Shown: piece by piece, positions 11,573 through 24,249 of the stretch
Position numbering within the stretch: the stretch's first letter is position 1
How the letters are laid out: every line of letters starts with the position of its first letter
NCBI RefSeq assembly: GCF_006345805.1
Contig: NC_042998.1
Span: 140,430,001 to 140,494,000, forward strand
Direction of reading: 5' to 3'
Source of the DNA: Octopus sinensis
Lineage: Eukaryota
DNA length: 64,000 bases
The notes under the pieces: generated by a model
Told to the model about the DNA's origin: nothing
The model's input: only the letters and a program-made list of their open reading frames with translations
Databases searched by the model: none
Program-made: the position numbers and the translations under genes

Positions 11573-11815
11573 ACTTAAGCATGGTTGTTCCGTGGGAACC
11601 GACGTTACTGCTATTTTTAACCCCAAGAGGACGCAACCCCCAGTTGGTTATTCGATGCAATCTGCACCCGATATATATTGCAAGCAAGAGAGTGAACCTC
11701 TACAATCTTCAAGCCACAAGACCGCCAAGTCGTGCGATTTCAACCTCTTTGTGGTCAACCTCGGTGGTGGATATTCGTCCGTTAGAAATAGCAGTAGTTC
11801 ACTCCAGCTCACAAT
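11573..11815 (-). mobile_element. 243-nt structured repeat, decayed copy, with hammerhead remnant at 11722-11770
   Basis: Co-linear reverse-complement homologue of 20147-20389; core degenerate (CCGAGGT), stems retained. Confidence 0.65.
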
Positions 11816-11882
11816 ATATAAGAAAATAAGTGACATGCAGTCACTGATCTTTGCCACAAGCAAATTAGCTATATATACATAC

Positions 11883-11933
<51 letters not shown>

Positions 11934-11952
11934 TATATAATAATATATATAT

Positions 11953-12019
<67 letters not shown>

Positions 12020-12035
12020 TATATACACATATATA

Positions 12036-13274
12036 TCAGGTCATCCCATAAGTTTTACCTTTTTTAAAATTGAATGAAATTTAATAGTATTTTAGGATGT
12101 GTAATGGAATTAAAAATTATTTTTATGCATTTGTATACAGTTAAACTAATTAATTATTATTTTACAGAATAATAGAATTAAAAAATTTTCTAACATGGAA
12201 GTATCCAAAGAGAATTTAAGGCACATAATGCTTTATGAGTACAAAAAGGAAACTCTGCAGCCGAAGCGACTCGAAACATATACTCAGTTTATGGGAAAGA
12301 ATGCTTGAATGAAAGAACTTGCAGAAGACGGTTTGCAAAATTCAGAAGTGGAGATTTCAGCCTAGAAGATGAAGATCGAACAGGACGTCCAGTTGAGTTT
12401 GATGATAAGCTCCTTGACTCATTACTTGAAGAAAATCCTGCATTATTGTTGAAGAATTGGCAATAAAGCTTAGTTCAAACCATACAACTGTTCATCGTCA
12501 TCTTCAACAACTTGGAAAATGGGCGACTCATGAATCGTCCGAAAGCAACCGTAAATCTCGAGTTGACATCTGCTCTTCTTTCCATTCTCGCGAACTCATT
12601 TCACCCTTTTTGGATAGACTTGTGACTGGTGACGAAAAATAGATCTTCTATCGAAATGTTAAACGTCGTAAACAGTGCTTGGTAAAACGGAAAAAGCTCA
12701 AACACAACCGAGAAGGGAACTTCATGGAAAAAGGTTCTTTTCTCTATCTGGTGGGATTGCAAAGGAGTAATTCACTTTGAATTGTTACCACCTAATGCGA
12801 CGATCAATGCTCAAGTCTACTGCTGGCAATTAGAGCATTTGAACAAAGCTTTGAAGAAAATAAGACCCGCTCTAGTGAATTGAAAAGGAGTGATGTTTCA
12901 TCAGGAAAATGCGCGACCCCACACTGCAAAGATCACATCACAGAAGATCGAAGAGCTTGGTTGGGAAAAAATTCCTCATCCACCTTATTCTCCTTAATTG
13001 CTCCTTCAGACTACCATTTGCTTCGTAGTTTACAGAATCATTTGGGGGACATAACTTTCGCAAACCAGGAGGAGGTCGAAACTGACATTTCAGAGTCCTT
13101 CGCTTTGAAACCAAAAGAGATTTACATTAATGGGATTAAAAGCTTGTAAATAGATGGAAGGAAGTCAAAGATAATCAGGGAAAGTACATTGATGATTAAA
13201 TTTCAATTAAATATAACATTTGATCACTTGATTTCTTTATTCAAAATTCGGACAGAACTTATGGGATGATCTGA
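12036..13274 (+). mobile_element. Full-length mariner transposon
   Basis: TIR tcaggtcatcccataagtt / aacttatgggatgatctga, TA on both sides, 1239 bp, inside (TA)n. Confidence 0.92.
12195..13199 (+). pseudogene. Mariner (DD34D) transposase pseudogene
   Basis: MEVSKENLRHIMLYEY..RFAKFRSGDFSLEDEDRTGRP..FLDRLVTGDEK..FHQENARPH..APSDYHLLRSLQNHL; frameshifts and stops. Confidence 0.9.
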
Positions 13275-13559
13275 TATATATATACAGGCGCAGGCATGGC
13301 TATGTGGTAAGAAGTTTGCTTCCCAACCACTTAATTCGGAGCAAGGGTTGTGCCAGCTCCCCCCCCCCCGAGCACATTTTCAAAATTGGTACCTTTTATA
13401 AAGTGTATAATCAATGAGATTAAAAGTTGGAGTGTGTCATGGCGCCTTTTTTCATGTGCTCGCTCTCCCTAACTTTTGATCTTGGCTACGGCCTTGGAGT
13501 GGGGAGCTCAAGGATAGCCAGGAATTTTACGTGGCTGATGTGGAACATACTAGGTTGGT

Positions 13560-14200
13560 CTTGGAAGCAGTAAATGTAGCAAACTATTTGTTTTCTCATT
13601 GCACGATCCCAATTAAATCTCGATCTCAATTAAAGATCTGCTACTAGGTCCAATTGTGTGATGTTGTTTGAGCTGACACTAAAACATGTGGTGTAGTCAG
13701 CAAAGATTTCAATAAAGAATCTTATGATACTGTCAGGAGAGATTCAGGAGAGAATATGTCTCTGAAACACACCTATATTCATTTTATAATATCGTTGACT
13801 GCAAATTCTATATTACTTCAAGTTATGAATAATTTAATGGTAGAAATTACTTTACCAGATATATTCTACTGATCAGTTTCTCTGAAAGTCTGATATTCGC
13901 TCAGGAGCTTCAGAAATGGACGTTTTTAGGCTATTCATAAATCTTGTGGTTGAGTGACAATTGAAGTTGTTCAACTCTGAGGAACGAGTGTACGACTGAC
14001 GTCGTACAGGTGAAGGATTTTATCCACAGTGTATGATTGTGGAAATACCATGTTTTGGAAACTGCGTGTCTTGAAGAGAGGTGGGTTTCGTACATTAGCT
14101 CAAGGGCATTATGATCAATGTAACCCATCAAGAAATCTTGTTGAAGACTATGCTTCCATATACGCTGCGTGACGATTTTCCGTTCTAACAACGGCCCGAA
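13560..14200 (+). mobile_element. Possible highly decayed Penelope-like RT fragment
   Basis: EAVNVANYLFSHCTIPIKS..KDLLL weakly recalls PLE RT; not otherwise supported. Confidence 0.22.
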
Positions 14201-14894
14201 GCATATTACGGAAATAATAAAGGCATTAAAAACAAAACAAAAGACCTCGCCAAAATCCGAGTGCTGTCATGACCAGAATAATCCCCGGATTACAAAAATG
14301 GTAAAACACTCGAGATAATATAATAATCAAACTTATAGATTAAATGCCTGACAGATGAGCTTGTTTCGAGAAATTTCGTGTTCCCAGCCTAGTCTTATTG
14401 TGCCATATGGTTTTAAAACATTTTCCTTGATCTCTAATGAACACATTCTAATTCGTTGATGAAAATTGCCTGATTTAAAAGTTCTTAAATTTAGTGACGT
14501 TCATTTTTACAGCGTAATTGATACTGTCAAAAACTGCATTAAACTAATTGAAATTTTTCTTGTTTAAACTTAACGTCATATAAAAATGGTAAACTAAGCT
14601 CTCTTTCTATTCACAGTGTGAACTGTAAGAACCATATTTGTTAGCATATTTCTGTTGAAATACTCAGCTTTGTTTCAATTAATTTTTAAAAATAATGAAG
14701 AATTTTCTAAAATAATTCATTATTAAATGTTTGGAGCATAAACTAACTTGAAAGGTTTTAATTCAGATCACTTTAAAACAGGAAGTTTGAATCATAGAAC
14801 TAGTGGTGGCCTACAGCCGGTTAAAGATACGGAAATAATTAACATTTAATCAATAGTGTACTTCTATGTTTAAACCAAGAAACGCTACTGGGCG

Positions 14895-14940
<46 letters not shown>

Positions 14941-14991
14941 TATACATATATACAAACACACACACACACACATGCAAACACACTAATATTT

Positions 14992-15116
14992 TTTGATCGA
15001 GTCAGTCTCTTGGTACCCTGAATTTTGCCTCTGGGTGCATAGGGTCTTCAGGCAATGTTACAAGTCTTTGCACCCACGAGCGAAACTCGGGGTAGCAAGA
15101 GACTGACTCGACCAAA
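14992..15116. repeat. Fold-back inverted repeat, 48-bp arms (40/48 matched), 29-nt spacer
   Basis: tttgatcgagtcagtctcttggtaccc...tgggtgca versus tgcaccca...gggtagcaagagactgactcgaccaaa. Confidence 0.85.
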
Positions 15117-15211
15117 GCAAAAATACTATTTTCTTCTATGATATAAAGTATTCTTTCTTCCACCAGTAAATATTAAATGGGTGTATGTATATATATGTAA
15201 CACACACACAC

Positions 15212-15286
<75 letters not shown>

Positions 15287-15823
15287 CACAAGAACATAAA
15301 CACTGATATATAAAACATTCACACACACACATACGTGTGTATTTATATTGTCATAATTTCTAGTTTAACGTCTGTGCAACCTCAGACCTCAGAGTAGACA
15401 TAACATAAAACTGAAATAAAACAAAAAAAAAAAAAGAAAGAAAACGAACACGAAAAAAATGAAAAATTATGAAAAAACAGCACAAATAAAAACAAGCACT
15501 AGACAATTAATAACCGAATGGTCCAAGATTCGAAACCTCTATTAAAAGAACCATTCAACTGGACATATCCTCTCATTAAAGTAACCATTTACTAGAATGG
15601 TAGCTATTTTACGGTTCAGTGAAGAGCAGACATCATCGGAGTGGAAATACAGAGAATTTAATGCCACTTTTATTACAAATGGTACTAAACATTCTCTCTT
15701 TCCCTAAAGAGCTATTCTATGATTGGTCCACATCGTTATATAACTTAACACTCTAAATTAACCGGTTTGCTATTACAATGTCCGATTCTTGCTGGTTCTT
15801 CTCTCTGTCTATCGGCCTCTCTT

Positions 15824-15860
<37 letters not shown>

Positions 15861-16072
15861 CCTATCTCTCTTTCTCCGTCTTTCTCTCTCATCTACGTAT
15901 ACAGATATACTAAGTCGGTTATCTATTTCTGTCTCTATAGCACGTATATTTACATGTTTACATACGTACTCAGATACAAAGTTATACGCACTCACAACGC
16001 ATACATACACGTGTACGTGTGAGAGTTTACAGACAACTATACAAATATACGATATATGATATCTGCGTATTA

Positions 16073-16175
<103 letters not shown>

Positions 16176-16356
16176 TCACCCACATGTATGCGTGTGCATG
16201 TACGTATGTACTTACATTCACACACGATATATATATATATATAATATATATATATATATATGTATTGTATGTATGTATGTATGCATGTATGTGTATGTGG
16301 TGTGTGTAGATGTATGTACGCATAAGATAGATGGATATTGAAGGATAGATAGATAG

Positions 16357-16399
<43 letters not shown>

Positions 16400-16451
16400 G
16401 GATAGATAGATAGATAGACAGACAGACAAACAGTTGGATATATATTATATA

Positions 16452-16502
<51 letters not shown>

Positions 16503-16883
16503 TGTAGGTCGGTAGACATACAGACATACATACAACTATGTGTGTGTGTAAGTATGTATGTATATAAATATATATATGCACACTTCTGCATTGCAAACAC
16601 ACATCCATACACACATACACAATTATTCTTCACCTATACTCAATATCAACCAACCCAATATTTTTCATCTCTCCCTCCTCTTTATCTTCTCTTATTTTGT
16701 ATCTCTCTCTCTCTCTCTCTTACTTCTCTCTTTCAATCTTTCTATTCCGCGCCCTCTTTATCGCTCGTTTCTCTCTACAAAAGCCAAGTAAACACTAATT
16801 GCTTGTAAACAAATTTTCAAGCTCACTGAAGATTTCGATGAGTTTCGTTGCATATATACTTACGCGTACACTGTGTGTGTGCT

Positions 16884-16922
<39 letters not shown>

Positions 16923-17196
16923 TTAGAAACGTTCATATACACATACATGCTTATATACACACACATACTTATACACCTGCATATGTACATGTTTGCACAC
17001 ATACACACAGATATACCGGAACATTTACATAAATTTACCTATCAGCGATTAAAGTGACTTGACTTATGTAGCAACATTGTAACAAATTGAAAGGAGGGAA
17101 AGGCATCCGTTAAAGAAGTTCGATTCTCAAATAAACTTTATTTCCTTCTTTAGAACTTGCTGTGAGCTGTCGATGGCCCAGAGAACTCAGAATATA

Positions 17197-17396
17197 CAAG
17201 AGGGTACTGAAAAGTTCCTGGCTTTAAGAATCTCGCGAAGGGCCTGGCTGGAGGATCAACCTTCCGAGTTCTTTTAAAGGGGTTACAAACAATGAAGGAA
17301 TGCTGCAATAAGGGAAATATGTTGAATAAAGTCATAATTAGCTGACCCTCCTGTATTTTCTTCTACCCAAAGCCAGGAACTTTTCAGTACCCCTTC
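17197..17396 (+). mobile_element. Mariner-derived MITE (200 bp)
   Basis: TIR agggtactgaaaagttcctggcttt / aaagccaggaacttttcagtaccct, TA both sides; interior keeps a transposase C-terminal trace (aagggaaatatgttgaataa). Confidence 0.85.
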
Positions 17397-17784
17397 ATAT
17401 GATAATCTGTACAACGTTATTGAGTTGTATTTCGTAATGTCCTAAGTTCGAATCCTCTTTGAGGCCGACTTTGATTTTCATGCTTTCTGGGATGGCAGAA
17501 ATAAGGCGCAGTGAAATTCTGAGCCACTCCCCAACGTAGATTTCACAACAGAAGTTGTGACCTGTATTAGAAATAGTTATTAGCATTGTCAAGTCACTGA
17601 AACAAGACGATTACATCGACCCCTCTGCTCATCTAGTACTTTATTTTATCGACCCCGATAGAATAAAAGGCAAATGTAAGACCAGAAGAAATGATACTAA
17701 GCATGTTATCAGGTGCACTAATGCTTTTGCCAGCTAACTAGTTTTGGGTTTATATATGATATTATCTGTTGATTCCATTCCTAG

Positions 17785-17821
17785 GTGTTCCCTTCAACGG
17801 TAGCTCGTTTGCCCTCGAAAG
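17785..17821 (+). CDS. Candidate host-gene exon B (37 nt)
   Basis: Acceptor tgttgattccattcctag, donor AAG|gtaaag; reads (G)VPFNGSSFALE(R). Confidence 0.45.
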
Positions 17822-17889
17822 GTAAAGAAAAAATCTGCTTCTAATGGGACACAATTCTCTGTTTTTACATGTTGAGTCTGGTGGAAGGA

Positions 17890-18230
17890 ACATGCCCATG
17901 ACATTTGTAGCACCCGTCAAAATTGTAGGGACTATGTTCCAGGAAGAAAGAACTGGGCATAATTGTTAGGCTAGGGCTGAGCGGGTTGAGTGATAAGGAG
18001 AAAGACAAGTAGGTACTCGAGGGTACTTGGGTGGCAAAGGTACGCGGTCAGCCAGCTCCAAAGAGCAGAGGTCATTATAGCAGCGATACAAACAACAGGG
18101 AGAAGATCCAGAATGCCTGTGGGCCAGAAACTGGAGTGTGACCGTTAGAAATTGAATACCAACCAGTCTTAAACATTTTAATTCCATAATAGGTTAATAT
18201 AGCCAAGCATTAGAAGAGGGAAGGAGATAC
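17890..18230 (-). mobile_element. CR1/L2-like LINE 3' coding fragment
   Basis: LQFLAHRHSGSSPCCLYRCYNDLCSLELADRVPLP...NYAQFFLP resembles the post-RT C-terminal region of CR1/L2 elements. Confidence 0.6.
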
Positions 18231-18817
18231 ACGGAGGTAGTGATGTTCATGCTTTTTATTGAAATGTATTAGTTCTAGAATTAAACGGATTCAACCGAGA
18301 ATCGAAACCTATTAGCAGAATTATTTCTATTTCTTTATGGTTTTATTTATTACCTGTAGAGTTGTTGTTCCAACTGCTCCCTTAATGATACCGGCAAATC
18401 AATATGTCTTTATAGGATATTTGGATATTCTTATGTATGTATTTTTAAACAAAAATTTATATATGGATAACATAAGAAAAAACTGTTGTTACTCCCTCAT
18501 TGGGATGCCTTCATTAGGATGACATTGAAGAAAATTTCCTCCTCCATCTTTCAAGTCATATCCTCCACAGAATGATGAGCAAGCGGTTCTCTTGTAATTG
18601 GTTTCATTATTGTGACGCAGTGAACGAAATCCGTATTCCATGACAACAAAAGTCGCCCGTTTCTTGAAGAGGTTGCTTCACAACAAAATAATGACTTCAA
18701 TCGTACATAGAAGATAAACATTTGTTTTGTTGTTTTCATATCCTTTTTTCATCTTATGTACATCCATCTAACTCCGTCTCAAACATACATACATACATAC
18801 ATTCACGCAAACATACA

Positions 18818-18851
<34 letters not shown>

Positions 18852-18944
18852 CATATGTATATATGTCTGTGTATATATGTATATATATATGTATGTATAT
18901 GTGCGTATGTGTGTGTATTTATATATTTCTTTTATATGTTATCT

Positions 18945-19093
18945 TCCTCTTGTTTCAGTCTTTAGAATCGACTTCAGTACTTATTTGTAAAGCCTGGTAC
19001 TTATCTTATCGGTTTCTTTTGGTGAACCGCTAAGTTCAAGCTGTGGTGGGGGTCAAACTCAAAGACACACAGATACGTAGACCACACATACAT

Positions 19094-19163
<70 letters not shown>

Positions 19164-19388
19164 ATGTATGTGTGTGTGTTGTGTGCGGTGTGTGCGCGCG
19201 CGTGTGTGTGTGTGTGTGTATATAATACACACACACAACGGGCTTTTTTTCAGTTTCCGCCTATCAAATACACTCACAATGCTTTGATCGGCTCGGGACT
19301 ATAGTGGAATATACTTACCCTAGGTACCACGCAGTGGAACTGAACCCTGAACCATCTAGTTGGGAAACAAGCTCTTTACCATGCCTGA
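18945..19388 (-). mobile_element. SINE family A with internal (TA)n/(TG)n
   Basis: Reverse complement of head (gtaccacgcagtggaactgaaccc..ttgggaaacaagc) and tail. Confidence 0.7.
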
Positions 19389-20146
19389 TAAGAATTTTAT
19401 GAACTCTCAAGAGAACGTGAAATAGTCCTTTGGAATTACGGATCTCGAAGCACACATTATACTACAAATAACAGCATGTAATCATTAGGTTGAAAAACCC
19501 TGTTTGGATAGAGAAAGTGAAAAGCTGCTCGTGGGACTCGAACTCCCATCTCCTGTTGATATGACAGACAGCTTTTGACTTTTGCTCTCCGAAAAGGGTT
19601 TTTTTTTTATCCCAATATTTATTTTTAGCTTTATGTGTGTTTCGATATATATATGTACGAATGTGCATTTGTGTGTGTCTGTGTTTACATATTCGATTAA
19701 GGCTGTTCATCTTTGTTTTTTTTTTCAATTTATGAAGAAATAGGTAAATCTACGTAATAGATTTGTGTGTGTATATGTGTGTGTGCATGTGTGTGTGCGC
19801 GCGTGTGTAATCTTTTACTATTTCACTTGCTTCGTTCCATGTCCGTGATGAATTATCGTTTTGAAGGATTTAGTCGATCATATCGACTCCACTACATATT
19901 TTGAGTCTGCTACTTACTCTATCGGCCATTTTTTGTTGAACTGTTAAGTTACGGGGTGTAAAAGAACCAAGACGGTCGTCAAACGGCGTTGGAAAAGACA
20001 AACATGCACACACACAACACACACCACACACACACGCTCTCTCTCTTTCTCTCTCTCTATCCCTCTCTCTATCTCTGTATTTCTCTGTTTGTCTGTCTTT
20101 CTCTCTTTCTCTCTGTTTGTGTGTCGCTTGGTTTTCTTTTCTAAAA

Positions 20147-20389
20147 ATTGCAAGCTGGGGAGAACTAGTGCTATCTCTAGCGGGCGAGTATCCACCACCG
20201 AAGATGACCATAGAGAGGTCGAAACCGTGTGGTCTGGTGGTCTCGTGGCTTGAAGATGGTAGGAATTCACTCCCCGGCTTGCAATCTATATCGGGTGCAG
20301 ACTGCATCGAATAACCGGCTGGAGTAGGCGTCCTCCTAGGGTTAAAAATAGCACTAACGTCGGTTCCTACAGAACAGCCACGTTTAAGT
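20147..20389 (+). mobile_element. 243-nt structured repeat carrying a type I hammerhead (retrozyme/Penelope-like non-autonomous element)
   Basis: Homologue at 11573-11815; 16-bp helix 20147-62/20270-85; 8-bp helix 20167-74/20348-55; hammerhead at 20192-20240. Confidence 0.65.
20192..20240 (+). ncRNA. Type I hammerhead ribozyme motif, predicted cleavage after GUC at 20234
   Basis: Stem I ccacca/tggtgg; core CCGAAGA (U4C) plus extra T; stem II GACC atagaga GGTC; GAAA; stem III A-CC gtgt GG-T; C17. Confidence 0.7.
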
Positions 20390-20558
20390 CCCACATTCTG
20401 TGGATACCCATCTCCACAGAGTACTTGAAGTTTAAGTTACAACGAAAGGATAACGCTAGCATTGTTGCTTTAATATTCTGTCTGAGTGTGGGATCTTTTG
20501 GTCGAATTGTTAACGCGTCAGGCAAAACTCTTTCAATATTAACTGCAGGCTTTAATAA

Positions 20559-20773
20559 GGCGGCGAGCTGGAAGAAGCGTTAGCACGCTGGAAGAAATGC
20601 TTAGTGGTATTTCACCCGTCGCTACGTTCTAAGTTCAAATTCCGCCGAGGTCGACTCTGTCTTTCATCCTTTCGGGGTCGATGAAATAAGTACCAGTTAT
20701 GCAGTGAGGTCGATGAAATCGACTATCTCCCTCCTCCAAATTTCAGGCCTTGTGCCTATATTAGAAAAGAATA
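20559..20773 (+). mobile_element. tRNA-derived SINE family B (CORE-SINE-like)
   Basis: ggcggcgagctgg..gttcaaattccgccgaggtcgac..tttcatcctttcggggtcgat..ggccttgtgcc..agaaaagaatatt. Confidence 0.8.
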
Positions 20774-21094
20774 TTCTGTCTGAGTTTTAGCACAAAGCCC
20801 GCAATTTTGAGGGAAAGTAAGGGAGAAAGCTTACATTGACTACAAAGCTGAGCTGGTACTTTATTTTATCAACCCGAAATGATGAACTTCAAGGTCAATC
20901 TTGGTGGATTTGGACTCAGAACGTATGAAACTGGAAGAAATGCCACTAAACATGTACACACACATGCACACACACATATACACATATATATTTATACACA
21001 CACACACGCGACGGGCTTCTACTAAATTCGCTCACATAGCATTGCTAAACGCTGTGAGGAACCGATGAGGTAACGATTCTTATTTTTTTATTGG

Positions 21095-21485
21095 CTAGAC
21101 ATAGCGGGGACAAATAAGGACAGACAAAGGGATTAAGTCGATTACATCGACCCCAGTGTGTAACTGGTACTTAATTTATCGGCCCTGAAAGGATGAGAGG
21201 CAAAGTCGACCTCGGTGGAATTTAAACTCAGAATGTAAAGACAGACGAAATACCTATTTCTTTACTACCCACAAGGGGCTAAACACAGAGAGAGCAAACA
21301 AGGACAGACAAACGGATTAAGTCGATTATAACGACCCCAGTGCGTTGCTGGTACTTATTTAATCGACCCCGAAAGGATGAGAGGCAAAGTCGACCTCGGC
21401 GGAATTTGAACTTAGAACGAAGCGGCAGACGAAATGCCGCTAAGCATTTCGCCCATCGTGCTAACGTTTCTACCAGCTCGCCGCC
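21095..21485 (-). mobile_element. Dimeric SINE family B
   Basis: Two core units (gtcgacctcgg..gaaaggatg) joined by the acccacaaggggctaaacacag linker. Confidence 0.8.
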
Positions 21486-21524
21486 TACGATGCGGTAACG
21501 ATTCTGTCAGTTCAACACCTTCAA

Positions 21525-21890
21525 TGGTTTCAAATTTTGGCACAAAGCCAACAATTTTAGGGGAGAGGTCAATTCAATTTCATCATGTTCAACTGATACT
21601 CATTTTATCGACCTCGAAAGGATAAAAGGTAAAGTTGACAACTGTGAAATTTTGAATTAGTATGTAAGGAGCCGCTAATTGTTGGTTTAATGTTAACTCT
21701 AGCACGCCAGCCAAAATGCTTCGCGGCATTTCGTTTGTCTTTACGTTCTGAGTTCAAATTCCACTAAGGTTGGCTTTGCCTTTCATACATTCGGGGTCGA
21801 TAAGATGAGCTATAGTTGAGTACGGGAGTCGATGTAATCGACTTAACCCCTCTCCCGACTTGCTGGCCTTGTGTCAAAGTTTGAAATCAG
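21525..21890. mobile_element. Two divergent SINE family B copies (- then +)
   Basis: Core and tail motifs in opposite orientations. Confidence 0.6.
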
Positions 21891-22238
21891 TACTGATTCT
21901 GAATGAAGACAAATCAAAAACCGCGTTCATTTACGAGAGAAAATGTAGAATGAGCCTCGCAGGCTCATTCATAATAAGTAGCGAATAGAAATCTTCTCAG
22001 ATATCAACAAACAGTTGTGTTACCACTGGAGGATGTGGGAGCCCTTAAAAGATAAAATAAAACTGATATTACTCAGGAGCCGTCATAGAACATGCAGAAG
22101 GTAATCGAAGTGCAAGGTGAGCACACTCTTAAGGTGCTCTAAACCTATCCAGATGACAGCCTCTCGGCCCTGTGTTGGTTTGTTGTTCTTATTTCTGTTT
22201 GTATGGTGAGTCAAAATCGTTATCTCTTCTCTCAATTC

Positions 22239-22279
<41 letters not shown>

Positions 22280-22423
22280 ATGTTTTGTCAGCACTATTCT
22301 ATGACATGTTTGGTAAGGACCTTGAGGCCAATAAAGGATCACTATCATCATATGCAGCAGCAGAAGCAACAGCAGCAGCAGCAGTAGCACTAGCAGCAGC
22401 AACAACAACAACAACAACAATAA

Positions 22424-22455
<32 letters not shown>

Positions 22456-22904
22456 GCAGCAGCAGCAGCAGTATTACCACCACTCCTATCAACACAAGAA
22501 ATAGTTCTCACTGATTGTTGTTGTTACTGTCGTCGGATTTTGATTTAAAAGGAATAATAAAAAAAAAGGTAAAAGGAAAAAAGAAAAGAAAGGAAATAGA
22601 CGAATTCCTTTGATCTTAATAAAGGTAAGGAAGATCGTGAACGTCATTTCGTACCATTTCCCTCGGGAAATAATTAACGGACTAAGAAACAGTCGAAGGG
22701 AATGGATAAAGCGGAGATATTCTTTAAAGTTTCGTTGGAGAACAGAGATAGTGGAATACGAAACTAACACAGATGACAAGGAAGTATGGAAAAGAAACGG
22801 AGAATCACAATGTAAGTGGATGGGAGATGTTAAGAGGAAATGAATATAACGGGGGAGGGGGAGAATTGACTCGAGAGAAAGGGAGGGATTGATACGTGAT
22901 GTGG

Positions 22905-22908
22905 AAAA

Positions 22909-22984
<76 letters not shown>

Positions 22985-23073
22985 GTAGATAGATAGATCC
23001 GTGAATACATAGATACATAGATTGGTGGATATATAATGTAGAGATATATACGTGGATAGATTGATTAAAGAAG

Positions 23074-23146
<73 letters not shown>

Positions 23147-23197
23147 GTTTATATATATATAGATATATATATATATATTATATATATATATATATAT

Positions 23198-23278
<81 letters not shown>

Positions 23279-23290
23279 GATAGATAGATA
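22905..23290. repeat. (GATA)n/(TA)n microsatellites
   Basis: Direct reading. Confidence 0.95.
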
Positions 23291-23679
23291 GATTAAGTTT
23301 GACATGTGTATATATATTACTATATATATATACATGTATGTTACACACATGCTCGCATACCAAGAAAGCAGGATGAACCCGCAGAAATATGCAGATCTAT
23401 TCCTATGTGAGTATATGCGTCAGTATTTGAGCGAGGGAGTGTGAGTGTATTTAATGTGTATATATTTGTATATACAACTATGTGTAGGTGTGTATAACAT
23501 ACACACACACACAAACTTAATCCAATTATTCATACACATATACTTATATTTATCTTGACGTTTCCGCCCATTCTCTCTCTCTCTCTTTCTCTCTCTCTCT
23601 CCTCTCTCAATATATATATATATATACATACACTCACACACACACACACACCACGCACACACCCACACACACACACACA

Positions 23680-23736
<57 letters not shown>

Positions 23737-24249
23737 TATATATATATATATATATATTGAGAGAGAGAGATTCATGTGTGAGTGCGTGTGAATATATACT
23801 TGCATATACATATATATATATACATACACATGCACTTTTGTGTGTGAGTTTATACTTATGTATATATGTACATGTGTGTAAGTATGAATATAATTCTTAA
23901 CTTTAGAAACGAAATGACAGTAAAATAGTGACATTAGTAAAAACACGAACATTGTGGAAAGCGAAGGTGGTGGTGGTGGTGGGAGATTTAGAAAGCTAGA
24001 ATAAAAAGAAAAAGAGAACGTGATGAAGAAGAAAGACAGGAAGAAAAGAGTAGAGAAAGAAAAAAAACAAATAAGATGAAATATAAAAGAAAACTAAATA
24101 AAGATAACAAGCAAGGATTTTATTTTTGAAAATCGATGAAAAATAACAGGAAAAAGAAAAAGAAAATGTATGTGAAAAATATTTGAAGAAATATACATTT
24201 GGCGTCAGTTATGTCAGAAATGGTTAAATGACAAGGTTAGGAATTAGGG

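Noticed and set aside
11592-11987. Similar ORFs at 11592-11987 (+) and 19870-20394 (-) as a duplicated protein gene
   Set aside because: Similarity is confined to the 243-nt repeat, the ORFs run into microsatellites, and the substitution pattern favours RNA structure on the opposite strand
14352-14385. cagatgagcttgtttcgagaaa as a Penelope hammerhead relic
   Set aside because: Core and stems too degenerate
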